Shown here: piece by piece, positions 46,441 through 57,015 of the stretch
How positions within the stretch are numbered: the first letter of the stretch is position 1
Layout of the letters: every line of letters begins with the position of its first letter
Assembly: GCA_964460245.1 (NCBI GenBank)
Contig: CAYWTL010000003.1
Coordinates: 1-61,520, forward strand
Origin: an uncultured Syntrophaceae bacterium
GTDB lineage: Bacteria > Desulfobacterota > Syntrophia > Syntrophales > Fen-1087
Length of the DNA: 61,520 nt
Reading direction: 5' to 3'
The notes under the pieces: model-generated
The model's input: the letters and a program-made list of their open reading frames with translations, nothing else
Database searches by the model: none
What the model was told of the DNA's origin: nothing
Program-made: the position numbers and the translations under genes

Positions 46441-46944
46441 CTATGCCGGCATCCGGCCTCCCTTCGCGATGTGCTTCATCAGCCCGCCGTCTTGGATCAG
46501 CTCCTGCATGAACGGCGGGATGGGCTGCACGCGGATCGGTTCCTTTTCCGTCATCGCCAGCATGATTTTCCCCTCATCCCCGTCCACTGCGATTTCCTGG
46601 CCGTCTGCGGTCTCGTCGAAAAGCGTCTTCGATTCGAAGATGGGCAGGCCCATGTTGAAGGCGTTCCGATAGAAGATCCGGGCGAAACTCCTGGCGATCA
46701 CGCAGCTGATTCCGGCTGCCCGAATGGCGATCGGAGCGTGCTCCCGGGAGGAGCCGCAGCCGAAATTCTTGCCGGCCACGATGATGTCCCCGGGCCGCAC
46801 TTTCCCGGCGAAATCCGGGTCCGCGTCCTCCATGCAGTGAGCCGCCAGGAACGCAGGATCGATTGAATTGATGTAGCGCGCCGGAATGATCTGATCGGTG
46901 TTGACATGATCCCCGAATTTCCACACCCTTCCCTTGAATTTCAT
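46441..46944 (-). CDS. leuD: 3-isopropylmalate dehydratase small subunit
   Basis: 167 aa from ATG 46944 ([21 protein letters not shown]), with [17 protein letters not shown] overlap with the leuC stop. Confidence 0.9.
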   Translation of the reverse strand: MKFKGRVWKFGDHVNTDQIIPARYINSIDPAFLAAHCMEDADPDFAGKVRPGDIIVAGKNFGCGSSREHAPIAIRAAGISCVIARSFARIFYRNAFNMGLPIFESKTLFDETADGQEIAVDGDEGKIMLAMTEKEPIRVQPIPPFMQELIQDGGLMKHIAKGGRMPA

Positions 46945-48218
46945 AATGGCGGTACCCCCTTCAGGTCGTTCGGACCAGCGATCCGGCCCAGGACCGCGGA
47001 GGCCGCGGCAACGGCCGGATTGGCCAGGAAGACTTCGCTCCCCGGATGGCCCATGCGTCCCACGAAGTTCCGGTTCGTCGTGGCCACCGCCCGTTCCCCC
47101 TCGGCCAGGATGCCCATGTGGCCGCCCAGGCACGGGCCGCAGGTCGGCGGGCCGATAACGGCCCCCGCGTCGAGGAAGATGTCGAACAATCCCTCCGTCA
47201 TGGCCGTCCGGTAAATCTCGGGTGTCGCCGGGATGACGATCAGCCGGACGTAGGGGGCGACGGTTCGGTTTTTCAGGATATGGGCTGCAATCCGCAAATC
47301 TTCGATCCGCCCGTTCGTGCAGGAGCCGATGAACACCTGGTCGATCTTGATGGAGCCGACCTGGCTGATCCCCCGGACATTCGAGGGCAGGTGGGGAAAG
47401 GCCACCTGGGGTTCGATCGCGCCGACGTCGATCTCCAGAACGGAGGTATAGGCGGCGTCGGGGTCGGACTCATAAAAGGTGAACTCCCGCTCCGCCCGGT
47501 AGCGGACATAATCCCGGGTGACCTCGTCGGGGATGAAAATGCCGTTTTTGGCCCCCGCCTCGATGACCATGTTGGCGATGGTGAAGCGGTCGGCCATGGT
47601 CAGATCGCGAACCGCCTCGCCGGTGAATTCCATCGCCCGGTAGGTGGCGCCGTCCACGCCGATCCGGCCGATGACATGAAGGATCAGATCCTTGCCGAAT
47701 ACCCAGGGTTTCCGCGCTCCCCGTAAAACGACCTTCATCGTTTCCGGAACCTTGAACCACAACTCTCCCGTCAGCATGGCGGCGGCCAGGTCCGTGCTGC
47801 CCACGCCCGTGGCAAAGGCCCCGAGCGCGCCGTATGTACAGGTATGGCTGTCGGCGCCGATCGCCAGGTCGCCGGGGACGACAATGCCCTGCTCCGGCAG
47901 GAGGGCGTGGCAAACGCCGGTCCTCCCGCCCTCATAGTAGCGGCCGAGCTTGTGCTCGCGGGCAAAATCCCGGAGAATTTTGCTGTTTGTGGCGGACTGG
48001 ATATCCTTGTTTGGCGTGAAATGGTCGGGCACGATCACGACCTTGTTGCGGTCGAAGACCCTGCGGCCTCCGGCCTTTCTGAATTCCGCAATGGCGAGAG
48101 GGGCCGTCACGTCATGCCCCATCGCGATATCCACCTGCGCGTTGATCAGCATTCCCGGATGAACCGTATCGAGTCCCGCGTGCTTCGCCAGGATCTTTTC
48201 CGTGATCGTCATGCCCAT
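46941..48218 (-). CDS. leuC: 3-isopropylmalate dehydratase large subunit
   Basis: 425 aa, aconitase-family, with Fe-S Cys ligands (GSCTNGR, ..CGPCLG). Confidence 0.92.
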   Translation of the reverse strand: MGMTITEKILAKHAGLDTVHPGMLINAQVDIAMGHDVTAPLAIAEFRKAGGRRVFDRNKVVIVPDHFTPNKDIQSATNSKILRDFAREHKLGRYYEGGRTGVCHALLPEQGIVVPGDLAIGADSHTCTYGALGAFATGVGSTDLAAAMLTGELWFKVPETMKVVLRGARKPWVFGKDLILHVIGRIGVDGATYRAMEFTGEAVRDLTMADRFTIANMVIEAGAKNGIFIPDEVTRDYVRYRAEREFTFYESDPDAAYTSVLEIDVGAIEPQVAFPHLPSNVRGISQVGSIKIDQVFIGSCTNGRIEDLRIAAHILKNRTVAPYVRLIVIPATPEIYRTAMTEGLFDIFLDAGAVIGPPTCGPCLGGHMGILAEGERAVATTNRNFVGRMGHPGSEVFLANPAVAAASAVLGRIAGPNDLKGVPPL

Positions 48219-48445
48219 GCCGCCCGTCTCCCCTATTTCTCAATGGGGCATTCATACGCCATTATGTCTTTTTATTCAATGGCGAAGTCGCAAAGGGGTT
48301 CCCGCGGCAATGGACCGGTCCCGGCCTATTTGCCGGTCCGGATCTTCGCAAAGGATGTTTTAAACGGTGATGGCGCCTCATCGGCAGGATTCGAGTCAGC
48401 GTATTATCAGGGGTCTTTTCCCCGGGAATGTGATAAGGTTGCATC

Positions 48446-49015
48446 GTGAACGATGGTCATATTCCGGAGGTGAGCATGCATGCGTCCGATCTTGAAAAAT
48501 ACTGTGAAAAGGCCCGGCAGGCGGGCGCCACCCAAGCCAAAGTCATCCATCCGTGCACAGTCGTTACGGCGCCGTGGGTCCGGCTCAAATGTCTCCACGG
48601 CTGCCCGTACCGGCACCGCTACAGTTGCCCGCCGGAGACTCCCACTCCTGCGGAGATGAGGGAAACCCTCGATTCGTACCGCCGCGCCATCCTGTTTCAC
48701 GTGGAGGCGCCCTATTCCAGGGAGCGGACGAAAAACATGGTTGTCTACCTGGACGGGCTGGTCAAACTGGAGGGTGAACTTTTCAAGGACGGCTATTACA
48801 AGGCCTTTGTCCTGTTGGCGGGTCCCTGCGTGCTGTGTAAGGAATGCGGCAAGGCGGAAGGGGTTCCCTGCCGTCTGCCCGAGAAGTCCAGGCCGTCGAT
48901 GGAGGCCTGCGGCATCGATGTCTACCAGACCGCGCGCAACAACGGCTTTTTCATTGAGCCCTTGAGGGAAAAATCGGAGACGCAGAACCTCTATTGCCTC
49001 ATGCTGGTCGACTGA
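48446..49015 (+). CDS. DUF2284-type predicted metal-binding protein
   Basis: 189 aa with Cys-rich motifs (C..GC...YSCPP ... GPC.LC..C) characteristic of that family as I recall it. Confidence 0.7.
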   Translation: MNDGHIPEVSMHASDLEKYCEKARQAGATQAKVIHPCTVVTAPWVRLKCLHGCPYRHRYSCPPETPTPAEMRETLDSYRRAILFHVEAPYSRERTKNMVVYLDGLVKLEGELFKDGYYKAFVLLAGPCVLCKECGKAEGVPCRLPEKSRPSMEACGIDVYQTARNNGFFIEPLREKSETQNLYCLMLVD

Positions 49016-49138
49016 GGGGCCGCCGTTTTCCGGGGAATCCCTGCGGAAATCCTTCCCCTCAGACCGGCGGCAGCAGCAACTTTTCTTGGATCAAAACATG
49101 TAATGATCGCACCGTAACGAAGATGAGGAGGTTGAGCC

Positions 49139-49477
49139 ATGATCAGAGGCACAGTGACAAGCCAGGGCATTTATGCAGACGGGAAAGACATCTGCATCAT
49201 CATCATCTCCAGGGGAACCTCGGCGCCCCTCCCTCACCGGCATGGAGAAAAGAAAAAGATCTATCTCAATATTGGCAATGAAACGTATAAAGCAGGCGTC
49301 CATGAAACCATCAACGGGGGGATCTGGCTGTCATCCGTTCTGTTCAGGGAAGGTCTGAAAAGAGAGAAGAAAAGGTTGGTCGACGCGCTGGCCGAGGTTC
49401 ATATTTTCAGGGGAGACAAAATCACATTGACCCCTGACGAGAGCGGCGATTTCGTTCTTGAATTGTTTGAGGAATAA
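49139..49477 (+). CDS. hypothetical protein (112 aa, no recognisable family)
   Basis: GAGGAGG SD lies 8 nt before ATG 49139. Locally lower GC, convergent with the efflux operon. Confidence 0.5.
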   Translation: MIRGTVTSQGIYADGKDICIIIISRGTSAPLPHRHGEKKKIYLNIGNETYKAGVHETINGGIWLSSVLFREGLKREKKRLVDALAEVHIFRGDKITLTPDESGDFVLELFEE

Positions 49478-49499
49478 GCGAGCGGGCGGCGGCATGTTC

Positions 49500-50729
49500 T
49501 TATTCATAGCGCAGGGCATCGATGGGATTGAGCAGGGATGCTTTGTAGGCGGGATAAAAGCCGAAGAAGATGCCCACCAGCCCCGAAAAGCCAAAAGCCA
49601 GCATAACGGCCAGGGGTGAAACGACCGTCGACCAGCCGGCCAGCGCCGTCAGGATCTTGGAGCCCGTGATCCCGGCGATGATGCCCGCCACGCCCCCGAT
49701 CAGCGACAGGGTCAGTGCCTCGATGATGAACTGGAGGCGGATGTCCCAGGTCTTGGCGCCGACGGCCATGCGGATGCCGATCTCGCGGGTCCGCTCCGTG
49801 ACGGACACGAGCATGATGTTCATGATGCCGATCCCCCCCACCAGCAGGGAGACTGAGGCGATCGCTCCGAGCAAGAGCGCCATGACGCGGGTGGACTGCT
49901 CGGCGACCTGCATCATCTGCGTGAGGTTCCTCACGGTGAAATCGTCCTCCTGCCGTGCGCCGATCCGGTGGCGCTGCCTCAGGAGTTCCGTAATCTGCTC
50001 TTCGGCCGCCGCCAAATCCTCGCTGCTTCTCGCCTTCACGGCAATGTCCCGAACCATTCCCGCGAAGGGCGTGCCGAAAATCTTCTTCTGCGCCGTCGAA
50101 ATGGGGATGAGGATTGTGTCGTCCTGATCCTGCCCCACGGGGGACTGGCCCTTCTTCTCGAGCACGCCGACCACGGTGAAGGGGACCTTCTTGATCCGGA
50201 TGATCTGGCCGACGGAGTCCATGCCGCCGAAGAGGTTGTCCGCCACCGTCTGGCCGAGGATGCAGACCTTCATCGCGTTGCGCACGTCCTGGTCCGTGAA
50301 GGATTTCCCGGCGGAAAGGGTCCAATCGCGTACGTTCAGTACGCCCGGCGTAGTCCCGATCACCCCCGTGGACCAGTTCTGGTTGCCGTAGACGATCTGC
50401 GCCGCGCCCCGGTGGCTGGGGGCCACATCGGCGACGGCCGGGCATTCCCTGGCGATCGCCTCCGCGTCGTCCCGCGTCAGGGTGGACTGGGTGCCGCTGC
50501 CCATGCGAATGCCGCCGGAGGTGCTGCTCCCCGGCAGGATGATCAGCAGGTTGCTGCCCACGCTGGAGATCTGCTGGGAGATCCGCTGGCTGGCGCCGGT
50601 CCCGACGGCGAGCATGGTGATCACCGCACCCACGCCGATGATGATGCCCAGCATGGTTAGGGCGGATCGCATCTTGTTGACCCGCAGGGCCCGAAAGGAG
50701 ATCTTGAAGGTGGACGGGATGTTGATCAT
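49500..50729 (-). CDS. MacB-like ABC transporter permease (FtsX family with periplasmic MacB core domain)
   Basis: 409 aa with four TM helices and a large loop after TM1. Confidence 0.88.
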   Translation of the reverse strand: MINIPSTFKISFRALRVNKMRSALTMLGIIIGVGAVITMLAVGTGASQRISQQISSVGSNLLIILPGSSTSGGIRMGSGTQSTLTRDDAEAIARECPAVADVAPSHRGAAQIVYGNQNWSTGVIGTTPGVLNVRDWTLSAGKSFTDQDVRNAMKVCILGQTVADNLFGGMDSVGQIIRIKKVPFTVVGVLEKKGQSPVGQDQDDTILIPISTAQKKIFGTPFAGMVRDIAVKARSSEDLAAAEEQITELLRQRHRIGARQEDDFTVRNLTQMMQVAEQSTRVMALLLGAIASVSLLVGGIGIMNIMLVSVTERTREIGIRMAVGAKTWDIRLQFIIEALTLSLIGGVAGIIAGITGSKILTALAGWSTVVSPLAVMLAFGFSGLVGIFFGFYPAYKASLLNPIDALRYE

Positions 50730-51418
50730 GACGGTTTCGTCCTCTCGTCGCTCACGATCTTTCCGTCCAGGAACCGGACGGTCCGCTTGCTGTAGGCGGC
50801 GATGTCCGGCTCGTGGGTCACCAGCAGGATCGTGATCCCCGCATCTTCGTTGAGCCTCACGAAAAGCTCCATGATCTCGATACTGGTTTTCGTGTCCAGG
50901 TTTCCCGTGGGTTCGTCGGCCAGGATCAGGGGCGCCTGATTGACCAGGGCTCGAGCGATGGCGACGCGCTGCTGCTGGCCGCCGGACAGCTGGTTCGGAT
51001 TGTGGTCCTCGCGCCCTTCCAGACCCAGCGCTCTCAGGGAATCCATCGCGCGCTGCCGCCGCTCTTTCGGGGTGAAACCGTTGTAGAGCATCGGCAGTTC
51101 GACGTTTTCCAGGGCCGAGGTGCGCGGCAGCAGGTTGAATCCCTGGAAAACGAATCCGATCTTCCGGTTGCGGATTTCCGCCAGTTCGTCGCGCCCCCTG
51201 CGGCCGATTTCGATGCCTTCCAGAAGATATCGTCCGCTGGTCGGCTCGTCGAGGCAGCCGATCACGTTCATGAAGGTGGATTTTCCCGAACCGGAAGGTC
51301 CCATAATGGCGACGAATTCCCCATTGGCGACGCTCAAGGAAACATCGTCCAGCGCATGGACGGTGGTGTCGCCCACTTCGTAAATCTTCATGAGATTGTT
51401 CGTTTCGATCAGTGCCAT
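50726..51418 (-). CDS. MacB/LolD-type ABC transporter ATP-binding protein
   Basis: Walker [36 protein letters not shown]. Confidence 0.92.
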   Translation of the reverse strand: MALIETNNLMKIYEVGDTTVHALDDVSLSVANGEFVAIMGPSGSGKSTFMNVIGCLDEPTSGRYLLEGIEIGRRGRDELAEIRNRKIGFVFQGFNLLPRTSALENVELPMLYNGFTPKERRQRAMDSLRALGLEGREDHNPNQLSGGQQQRVAIARALVNQAPLILADEPTGNLDTKTSIEIMELFVRLNEDAGITILLVTHEPDIAAYSKRTVRFLDGKIVSDERTKPS

Positions 51419-51420
51419 GG

Positions 51421-52647
51421 TTACCTGAAGAAACCCGGACTGCCGGGACGGCCTGCGACTGCCTGCGTGTTCTTGGAGTTCCCGACCGCCTCGACGATCG
51501 CGTCGTCCCCCTCCTTCAGGTCGCCGGCGGCGATCTCCGTGTAGCTGCCGTCGCTGATGCCCGGGGTCACGGGCACGCGCTTCGGCTTGTTATTCTCGAG
51601 GATCCAGAGGCCCTGGGTCCTGCGCCCGGGAGCGTCTTTGCCGGCTTCCGGTTTTTTCGGCGTTGCGCCGGCCTTCCCCTTTTCCCCGGCTTTCTCCACC
51701 GTCCATTTGAAGCGCAGCGCGGTGTTCGGGATTTTCAGGACGCCCTGTTTCTGGTCGATGACGATGGTGACATTGGCGGTCATGCCCGGCTTCAGCTTGA
51801 ATTCCGGGTTGTCCACCTTGATGACGACCACGTAGGTGACAACGTTCGAGACGGTTGTCGGGGCGCTTCTGATTTCCGAAACTTTTCCGCTGAAAACGAT
51901 GTCCGGGTAGGCATCCACGGAAAACTGCACCGGCTGCCCCACGACGATCTTGCCGATGTCCGCCTCGTCGATGTTGGTGTCGATCTGCATCTGTGTCAGA
52001 TCCTGGGCAATGTTGAACAGGGTCGGGGTCTGGAAACTCGCCGCCACGGTTTGGCCGACATCGACGTTTCGAGAGATGACCATGCCGTCCACCGGCGAGA
52101 GGATCCTCGTGTACTGCAGGTTGGTTCTGGCCAACTGCAGGGCCGCCCGGGCCTGCTCAACCTGGGCCTTGCCGACGTTCACCTGGGCTTTGGCCGACTG
52201 GTAGTTCGTTTCCGACGTGTCTAGGTCGCTTCTGGCAATGAAGTTTCGCTCGAAGAGGGTCCGGTTCCGCTCCAGGGTTCTTTTCGCATCCAGCAGGGAC
52301 GCCTCGGATTTCTCCACGTTTGCGGCCGCCGACTGGAGATTGGCCCGGGCCTGTTCCACCTGGGCCTGAAATACTGCCGGGTCGATCTGGGCCAGCGGCT
52401 GGCCTTTCTTGACGATGGAATTGAAGTCCACGAAGAGCTGTTTGATCGTTCCGGAAACCTGGGTGCCCACAAGCACCGTCGTCACCGCGTTCATGGTCCC
52501 GGTGGCCGTCACGGACGCGCGGAGGTCCCCCTTCGTGACCTTTTCCGTCCGGAATTTCACCCCGTTTGCCTTGTTCTTGAAGAGGAAAAATCCGCCGAGG
52601 GCGAGGATGAGAATCAGCCCCGCCGCAATGATCACCTTCTTTTTCAT
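51421..52647 (-). CDS. efflux periplasmic adaptor (MacA/HlyD family)
   Basis: Starts [15 protein letters not shown].. at ATG 52647 (ATGA overlap with the tolC stop). Lipoyl, coiled-coil and beta-barrel regions follow. Confidence 0.88.
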   Translation of the reverse strand: MKKKVIIAAGLILILALGGFFLFKNKANGVKFRTEKVTKGDLRASVTATGTMNAVTTVLVGTQVSGTIKQLFVDFNSIVKKGQPLAQIDPAVFQAQVEQARANLQSAAANVEKSEASLLDAKRTLERNRTLFERNFIARSDLDTSETNYQSAKAQVNVGKAQVEQARAALQLARTNLQYTRILSPVDGMVISRNVDVGQTVAASFQTPTLFNIAQDLTQMQIDTNIDEADIGKIVVGQPVQFSVDAYPDIVFSGKVSEIRSAPTTVSNVVTYVVVIKVDNPEFKLKPGMTANVTIVIDQKQGVLKIPNTALRFKWTVEKAGEKGKAGATPKKPEAGKDAPGRRTQGLWILENNKPKRVPVTPGISDGSYTEIAAGDLKEGDDAIVEAVGNSKNTQAVAGRPGSPGFFR

Positions 52648-53948
52648 TTCTCCCCCGTTGCCTTGTCCATGCTCGCCTGCGCCACCCGGTAATCGTAGAG
52701 CGCCGCATTGTACGAGGTCTTCGCGTTGCTTTCCGCCACGAGCGCATCCGTCACCTCGATCGGGCTTCCCACTCCCGAGGCATAGCGGCCGTTGGCCAGT
52801 TCCAGGTTCTCCATGGCCTGCCGGACGGAGATTTCCGCCGTGACGATCCGGTCCGCCGCCTCCCGCAGATTCAGCCAGGCCTGCTGGACGTCCAGATAAA
52901 CGCTCTGGCGGAGCGCCTCTTCGTTGGCCTTGAGCACCTCGAGATTGGCGCGCGCCTCGTCGATCTGGTATTTGGTGGACAGACCGCTGAAGATCGGAAT
53001 GTTCAGGGTGGCGCCGACATTCCAGCCGCGATCCAGCGGGAAACTGTCCCCGCCCCAACCGTAGCTGGCGTTGCCCGTTACGTAGGGATAATAGCCTTTT
53101 TTCTCGTAAGCGACGGTCTCTTCCAGGGCTTTTTCCTTCACGATGACGGCCTGAAGATCCGGCCGGCGATCAAAGGCCTTCTTCAGCGCCGCCTCGAAAT
53201 CCACATCTGCATGCGGGAAGGCAAGGCTGTCCTGAATTTCAAAATCCGGCGCCTCCGGCAGCCCCAGGGCGTTGTTCAGCGACACCCGTGCCAATCGAAA
53301 GGCGTTCTCCGCCTTGAGCAGACTCAGCTTTGCGTTGGAGAGGTCGACTTCAGCCTTCGTGACGTCGAATTTCGGCTTCACGCCGATTTCAAAAAAACCT
53401 TTCGCGCGGCTTAGATGCTGCTCGTATTGCGCCACCACCTCCCGGCCCACGTCCCGGTTCCGCCGGGCCTGAAGAAGCCCATAGTAGGATTTCTTGACAC
53501 CGAAGACCACCAGGGATTTCACGTCCTCGTAATCGGCGCGGGACGAGTCCAGATTGAGGCTCTGAATTTTCACCTGCGCGGCGGTTTTGCCGAAGTCAAA
53601 AAGGTTCTGACTGAGCGCAATCGTGGAATTGGTTGCGTCGTAGGCGCCTTCACCGTTTGCCGAGAACCGCCCCGACGTCGTTGCGTAGGGGGAGATCCGG
53701 TTGTATCCCACGGAACCGCTCAACTGGGGAAAGTATCCCGATCTGGCCTGGCCGACCCGGCTCTCGCCCGCTTTCAGGGTGCCGGCCGCCGACAGAATCG
53801 AAGGGTGGTTTTTCAGGGCAATGTCGACGCACTGCTGAATGTCCAGCGTTTCGCCTTTTTTTATCCGGTCTCCCGCCCCTGCCGTGAAGGGCAGGATCAG
53901 CCCGGTCAGCGCCAACAGCAGGATCATTGTTTTGATCTTGATCTTCAT
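52644..53948 (-). CDS. tolC: TolC-family outer membrane efflux protein
   Basis: 434 aa with a signal peptide and two OEP repeats. Confidence 0.88.
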   Translation of the reverse strand: MKIKIKTMILLLALTGLILPFTAGAGDRIKKGETLDIQQCVDIALKNHPSILSAAGTLKAGESRVGQARSGYFPQLSGSVGYNRISPYATTSGRFSANGEGAYDATNSTIALSQNLFDFGKTAAQVKIQSLNLDSSRADYEDVKSLVVFGVKKSYYGLLQARRNRDVGREVVAQYEQHLSRAKGFFEIGVKPKFDVTKAEVDLSNAKLSLLKAENAFRLARVSLNNALGLPEAPDFEIQDSLAFPHADVDFEAALKKAFDRRPDLQAVIVKEKALEETVAYEKKGYYPYVTGNASYGWGGDSFPLDRGWNVGATLNIPIFSGLSTKYQIDEARANLEVLKANEEALRQSVYLDVQQAWLNLREAADRIVTAEISVRQAMENLELANGRYASGVGSPIEVTDALVAESNAKTSYNAALYDYRVAQASMDKATGEK

Positions 53949-54162
53949 TTAAGGATTTCACTCAATTGTTGCGTACAATAAATGTTATGCCTCGCCGATC
54001 CAGCCGTAAAATATCGTCGGAACGCTATCACTTTCACTGACGCTTAACAACCGGACATATCATTTGTCACTGACACCATTTCATGTCAAGATAATCTGTT
54101 CCGAACATCGGAAAGCAGGTTTCTTCCGCGCGGAAGGCTGCCTGCTGTGATCCGGTGCGGGT

Positions 54163-54197
54163 AAAACAAAGCCCGGGGAGCTTCCCCGGGCTCTTTT
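54163..54197. terminator. bidirectional Rho-independent terminator after the Spy/ZraP-like gene
   Basis: 10-bp stem AGCCCGGGGA / TCCCCGGGCT (54170-54179 / 54183-54192). On the minus strand it is followed by UUGUUUU, and on the plus strand by CUUUUG. Confidence 0.7.
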
Positions 54198-54216
54198 GCA
54201 TGATTTCAAACGAAGG

Positions 54217-54738
54217 TTACCAGTTGCTCCGCGGGCCTGGGCCGGGACCAAATCCCGAACCGCCGGGACCGCCGATACACGGGCCGCCCATGCCGAAGCC
54301 TCCCCGCCCGCCATAGGCTTGCGCCTTGGTGCGCTGTTCCGGCGTCAGCAGGGTGAATACGGCCAGCCGATGACTGGTCCGCTTATCCTCGAGCTGATCC
54401 CTAAGTGCCCGGATTTCCTTCTGCACCGCCAGGATTTTGTTCTGGTCCGGACTGGCTTGCAGCCAGAGCAGCTTCAGTTCGGCGCGCTTGCTGAACATCT
54501 TGTCGCGCAGGGGCGTGACTTCTTTAAGATGGGCGTCGCGCAGGGATTTGATCTTTTCCGTCTGCTCCGCCGTCAGGTTCAGTTGGGCTGCGGCGGGAAT
54601 CGGTCCCGAACCCGGATTGTAGCATTGGCGACCGCCGTGTCCTCGGCCCCAACCGCCCCCGGGCCCGAAGGCGAAGGCCGTTGAAGCCAGGGCTGCGGAA
54701 ATCAGCACAGCCGCAAAAACCATCGACACTTTCTTCAT
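54217..54738 (-). CDS. Spy/CpxP/ZraP-family periplasmic chaperone / metal-stress protein
   Basis: Signal peptide, Gly-rich ends (GPGGGWGRGHGG; GGRGGFGMGGP), and two LTxxQ motifs (LNLTAEQ, LLTPEQ). Confidence 0.8.
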   Translation of the reverse strand: MKKVSMVFAAVLISAALASTAFAFGPGGGWGRGHGGRQCYNPGSGPIPAAAQLNLTAEQTEKIKSLRDAHLKEVTPLRDKMFSKRAELKLLWLQASPDQNKILAVQKEIRALRDQLEDKRTSHRLAVFTLLTPEQRTKAQAYGGRGGFGMGGPCIGGPGGSGFGPGPGPRSNW

Positions 54739-54788
54739 TTTTCATTCTCCTTTCAGAATTGATTGTTCTTTTGTTTGCTTCTGTCTAT

Positions 54789-54804
54789 AGCAACGGGCAT
54801 GCCA
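54789..54804 (-). promoter_or_regulatory. sigma54 (-24/-12) promoter of the Spy/ZraP-like gene
   Basis: Minus strand reads TGGCATG-CCCG-TTGCT with GG-N10-GC spacing, about 50 nt upstream of ATG 54738. It faces a divergent HK plus sigma54-activator pair. Confidence 0.7.
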
Positions 54805-55103
54805 GCTTCATGATATTCCGCCTGCAAAGAGCCGGCAGAGACGTGAAAAATACGCTCTCCAAATACCGTATAATTTTTAACTGTCCGTGATGAAAAGCGA
54901 ATCATCGAAGCTATTCCATTACATATCAACAAAAACAATCCCGGTCCTTTTCTCTCAGTGGCGTTCAGGAACCAGATGAAGATCAAAAAAACTGTATCGT
55001 AAATATCCACTTGTGGTATGCAGTTGGATAATAAGTATTCAAATCATCATCAATTGTTTAGGTTTTGCCAAGGAGATTTTTTCATCGGTCACTTTGCAAG
55101 GCT

Positions 55104-56864
55104 ATGATTAAAAAACCCGCTAAACTCCACAGCAAGCGCTGGATTGGGGTATCGCCCTGGATCATCATCGGGGCGGTGTTCATTCTGGTCCCCATCTTCA
55201 TGTTCATGACCCAGCAGAGCCTCAACCGCCAGCGTGACCACACCACGAAGCTTCTCGTGGAAAAAGGCGCCGCGCTGATCCGTTCCTTCGAGGCGGGCGT
55301 GAGAACCGGTGTCGGCCTTCACTGGGGGCATTTCCAATTGCAGAAGCTCCTCATGGAAACGGCGCGGCAGCCAGATATCGACTACCTGATCGTGACGGAT
55401 GTCAAGGGCGTGATTCTGGCCGACAGCGATCCCTCGCTGATCGGTGAAAGCTACGGAACGGACCTCGATCTCGAAAGCATCTCCCGTTCGACGGACCCCC
55501 GGTGGCGAAGGGTGCCCAACACGGAGGGGGCCGATACCTTTGAAATCTACCGCCAGTTCAAACCGGCGCAGGAAGATGCCCAGGCCTTTCAAGACCGGTT
55601 CCGGCCGGATCGGAACTTCTCGCCGCGCCGGGAAGCCGCCGCGGTTCATTCGGAAGGCCTGGTCATTTTCGTCGGTCTGGATATGGGGCCTGTGGAGACC
55701 GCCCGCAGGGAGGACAATCGCCATACCATCATGATGGCGGCGGTTTTTCTGATCATTTGCATGTCCGGCATCCTTTCCCTCATGCTGGCCCAGGGCTACC
55801 GCTCCGCGCAGACATCGCTGTCGCGGGTCCGGGCCTTTTCGGACAACCTGGTCAAGCACATGCCGATAGGGCTCGCGGCCGTCGACGGATCCGGACGGAT
55901 CACCGCCTTCAATGAAACCGCAGCGGCGATCCTTCGCCAGACCGCCGCGGGCGCCGTCGGCCGGGACGCAGAAGCGACGCTTCCCGCGGACTTTCAAGAT
56001 CTTCTCCGGGAGGCGGTCCCGGAAAGGGGCGTCATCGAAAAGGAGATCGATTGCAGAATGGCGGAGGGGCCGCCGGTCCCGCTGGATGTCATTGCCACGG
56101 TACTGGAAGGCGAAGGGGGGGGGCAAGAAAGGGTGGTGCTGTTCCGGGACGTCACGGAGATCCGCCAATTGAAGGGCGAGATCGCCCGAAGACAGCGCCT
56201 CGCCTCGCTCGGCAGCTTGGCAGCCGGCGTGGCACACGAGATCCGGAACCCGCTAAGCTCCATCAAGGGATTCGCGACCTACTTCAAGGAAAGGTACCGG
56301 GACAACCCCGAGGACGGCAGAACCGCGGATATCATGGTTCAGGAAGTGGACCGCTTGAACCGGGTGATCGGGCAACTGCTGGACTACGCCCGGCCCATGA
56401 CCATGAACCGGCAGTCGACCCCCGTCCAGATGATCGTCCGGCATGCCCTGCGGATGATCGAAAGCGAGGCACGCGAGAAGGGGATTTCCGTCTCGGCAGA
56501 CCTGCCGGAGGATGTGGTGCCCCTCAACATCGATCCGGACCGGATCAAGCAGGTGCTCCTCAACCTCTTTCTGAACGCCCTGGGAGCCATGCAAGCGGGT
56601 GGGATGCTTTCCGTAATTCTGTCGGGGCAGCCGGACCGGTTCGTCCGTCTGGAAGTGCGGGACACGGGGACGGGGATCGATGCAAAAGACATCGAACGGA
56701 TCTTCGACCCCTACTTTACCACGAAGCCGTCCGGAACCGGCCTGGGACTCGCCATCGTGCAGAAGATCGTCGAAGCCCACGGCGGGGCCGTCCACGCGGC
56801 CAGCGTTCCCGGCAGGGGCACAACCGTTTCGGTTCTGCTTCCCCGTTCCGAGGAAAGGGCATGA
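55104..56864 (+). CDS. membrane sensor histidine kinase (ZraS/AtoS-like: periplasmic loop, PAS, HisKA, HATPase)
   Basis: Two TM helices flank a ~170-aa loop. H-box HEIRNPLSSI; N/G boxes LNLFLNAL, DTGTGI, GTGLGLAIV. Start set to ATG 55104; the ORF track starts at TTG 55065. Confidence 0.88.
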   Translation: MIKKPAKLHSKRWIGVSPWIIIGAVFILVPIFMFMTQQSLNRQRDHTTKLLVEKGAALIRSFEAGVRTGVGLHWGHFQLQKLLMETARQPDIDYLIVTDVKGVILADSDPSLIGESYGTDLDLESISRSTDPRWRRVPNTEGADTFEIYRQFKPAQEDAQAFQDRFRPDRNFSPRREAAAVHSEGLVIFVGLDMGPVETARREDNRHTIMMAAVFLIICMSGILSLMLAQGYRSAQTSLSRVRAFSDNLVKHMPIGLAAVDGSGRITAFNETAAAILRQTAAGAVGRDAEATLPADFQDLLREAVPERGVIEKEIDCRMAEGPPVPLDVIATVLEGEGGGQERVVLFRDVTEIRQLKGEIARRQRLASLGSLAAGVAHEIRNPLSSIKGFATYFKERYRDNPEDGRTADIMVQEVDRLNRVIGQLLDYARPMTMNRQSTPVQMIVRHALRMIESEAREKGISVSADLPEDVVPLNIDPDRIKQVLLNLFLNALGAMQAGGMLSVILSGQPDRFVRLEVRDTGTGIDAKDIERIFDPYFTTKPSGTGLGLAIVQKIVEAHGGAVHAASVPGRGTTVSVLLPRSEERA

Positions 56865-57015
56865 GAAGCGGAAGGAGGCTTTCGCCCCGATAGAATTCAT
56901 TTTTGCCGCCTGTGCGGATTCAAACGGGAGATATGCCCTCCATCCCGTTGTGCGCGCCGATCCGCGAAGAATATGAATTGACAGGGGTGGATATCATGGA
57001 AGGGGTGATCGGATT

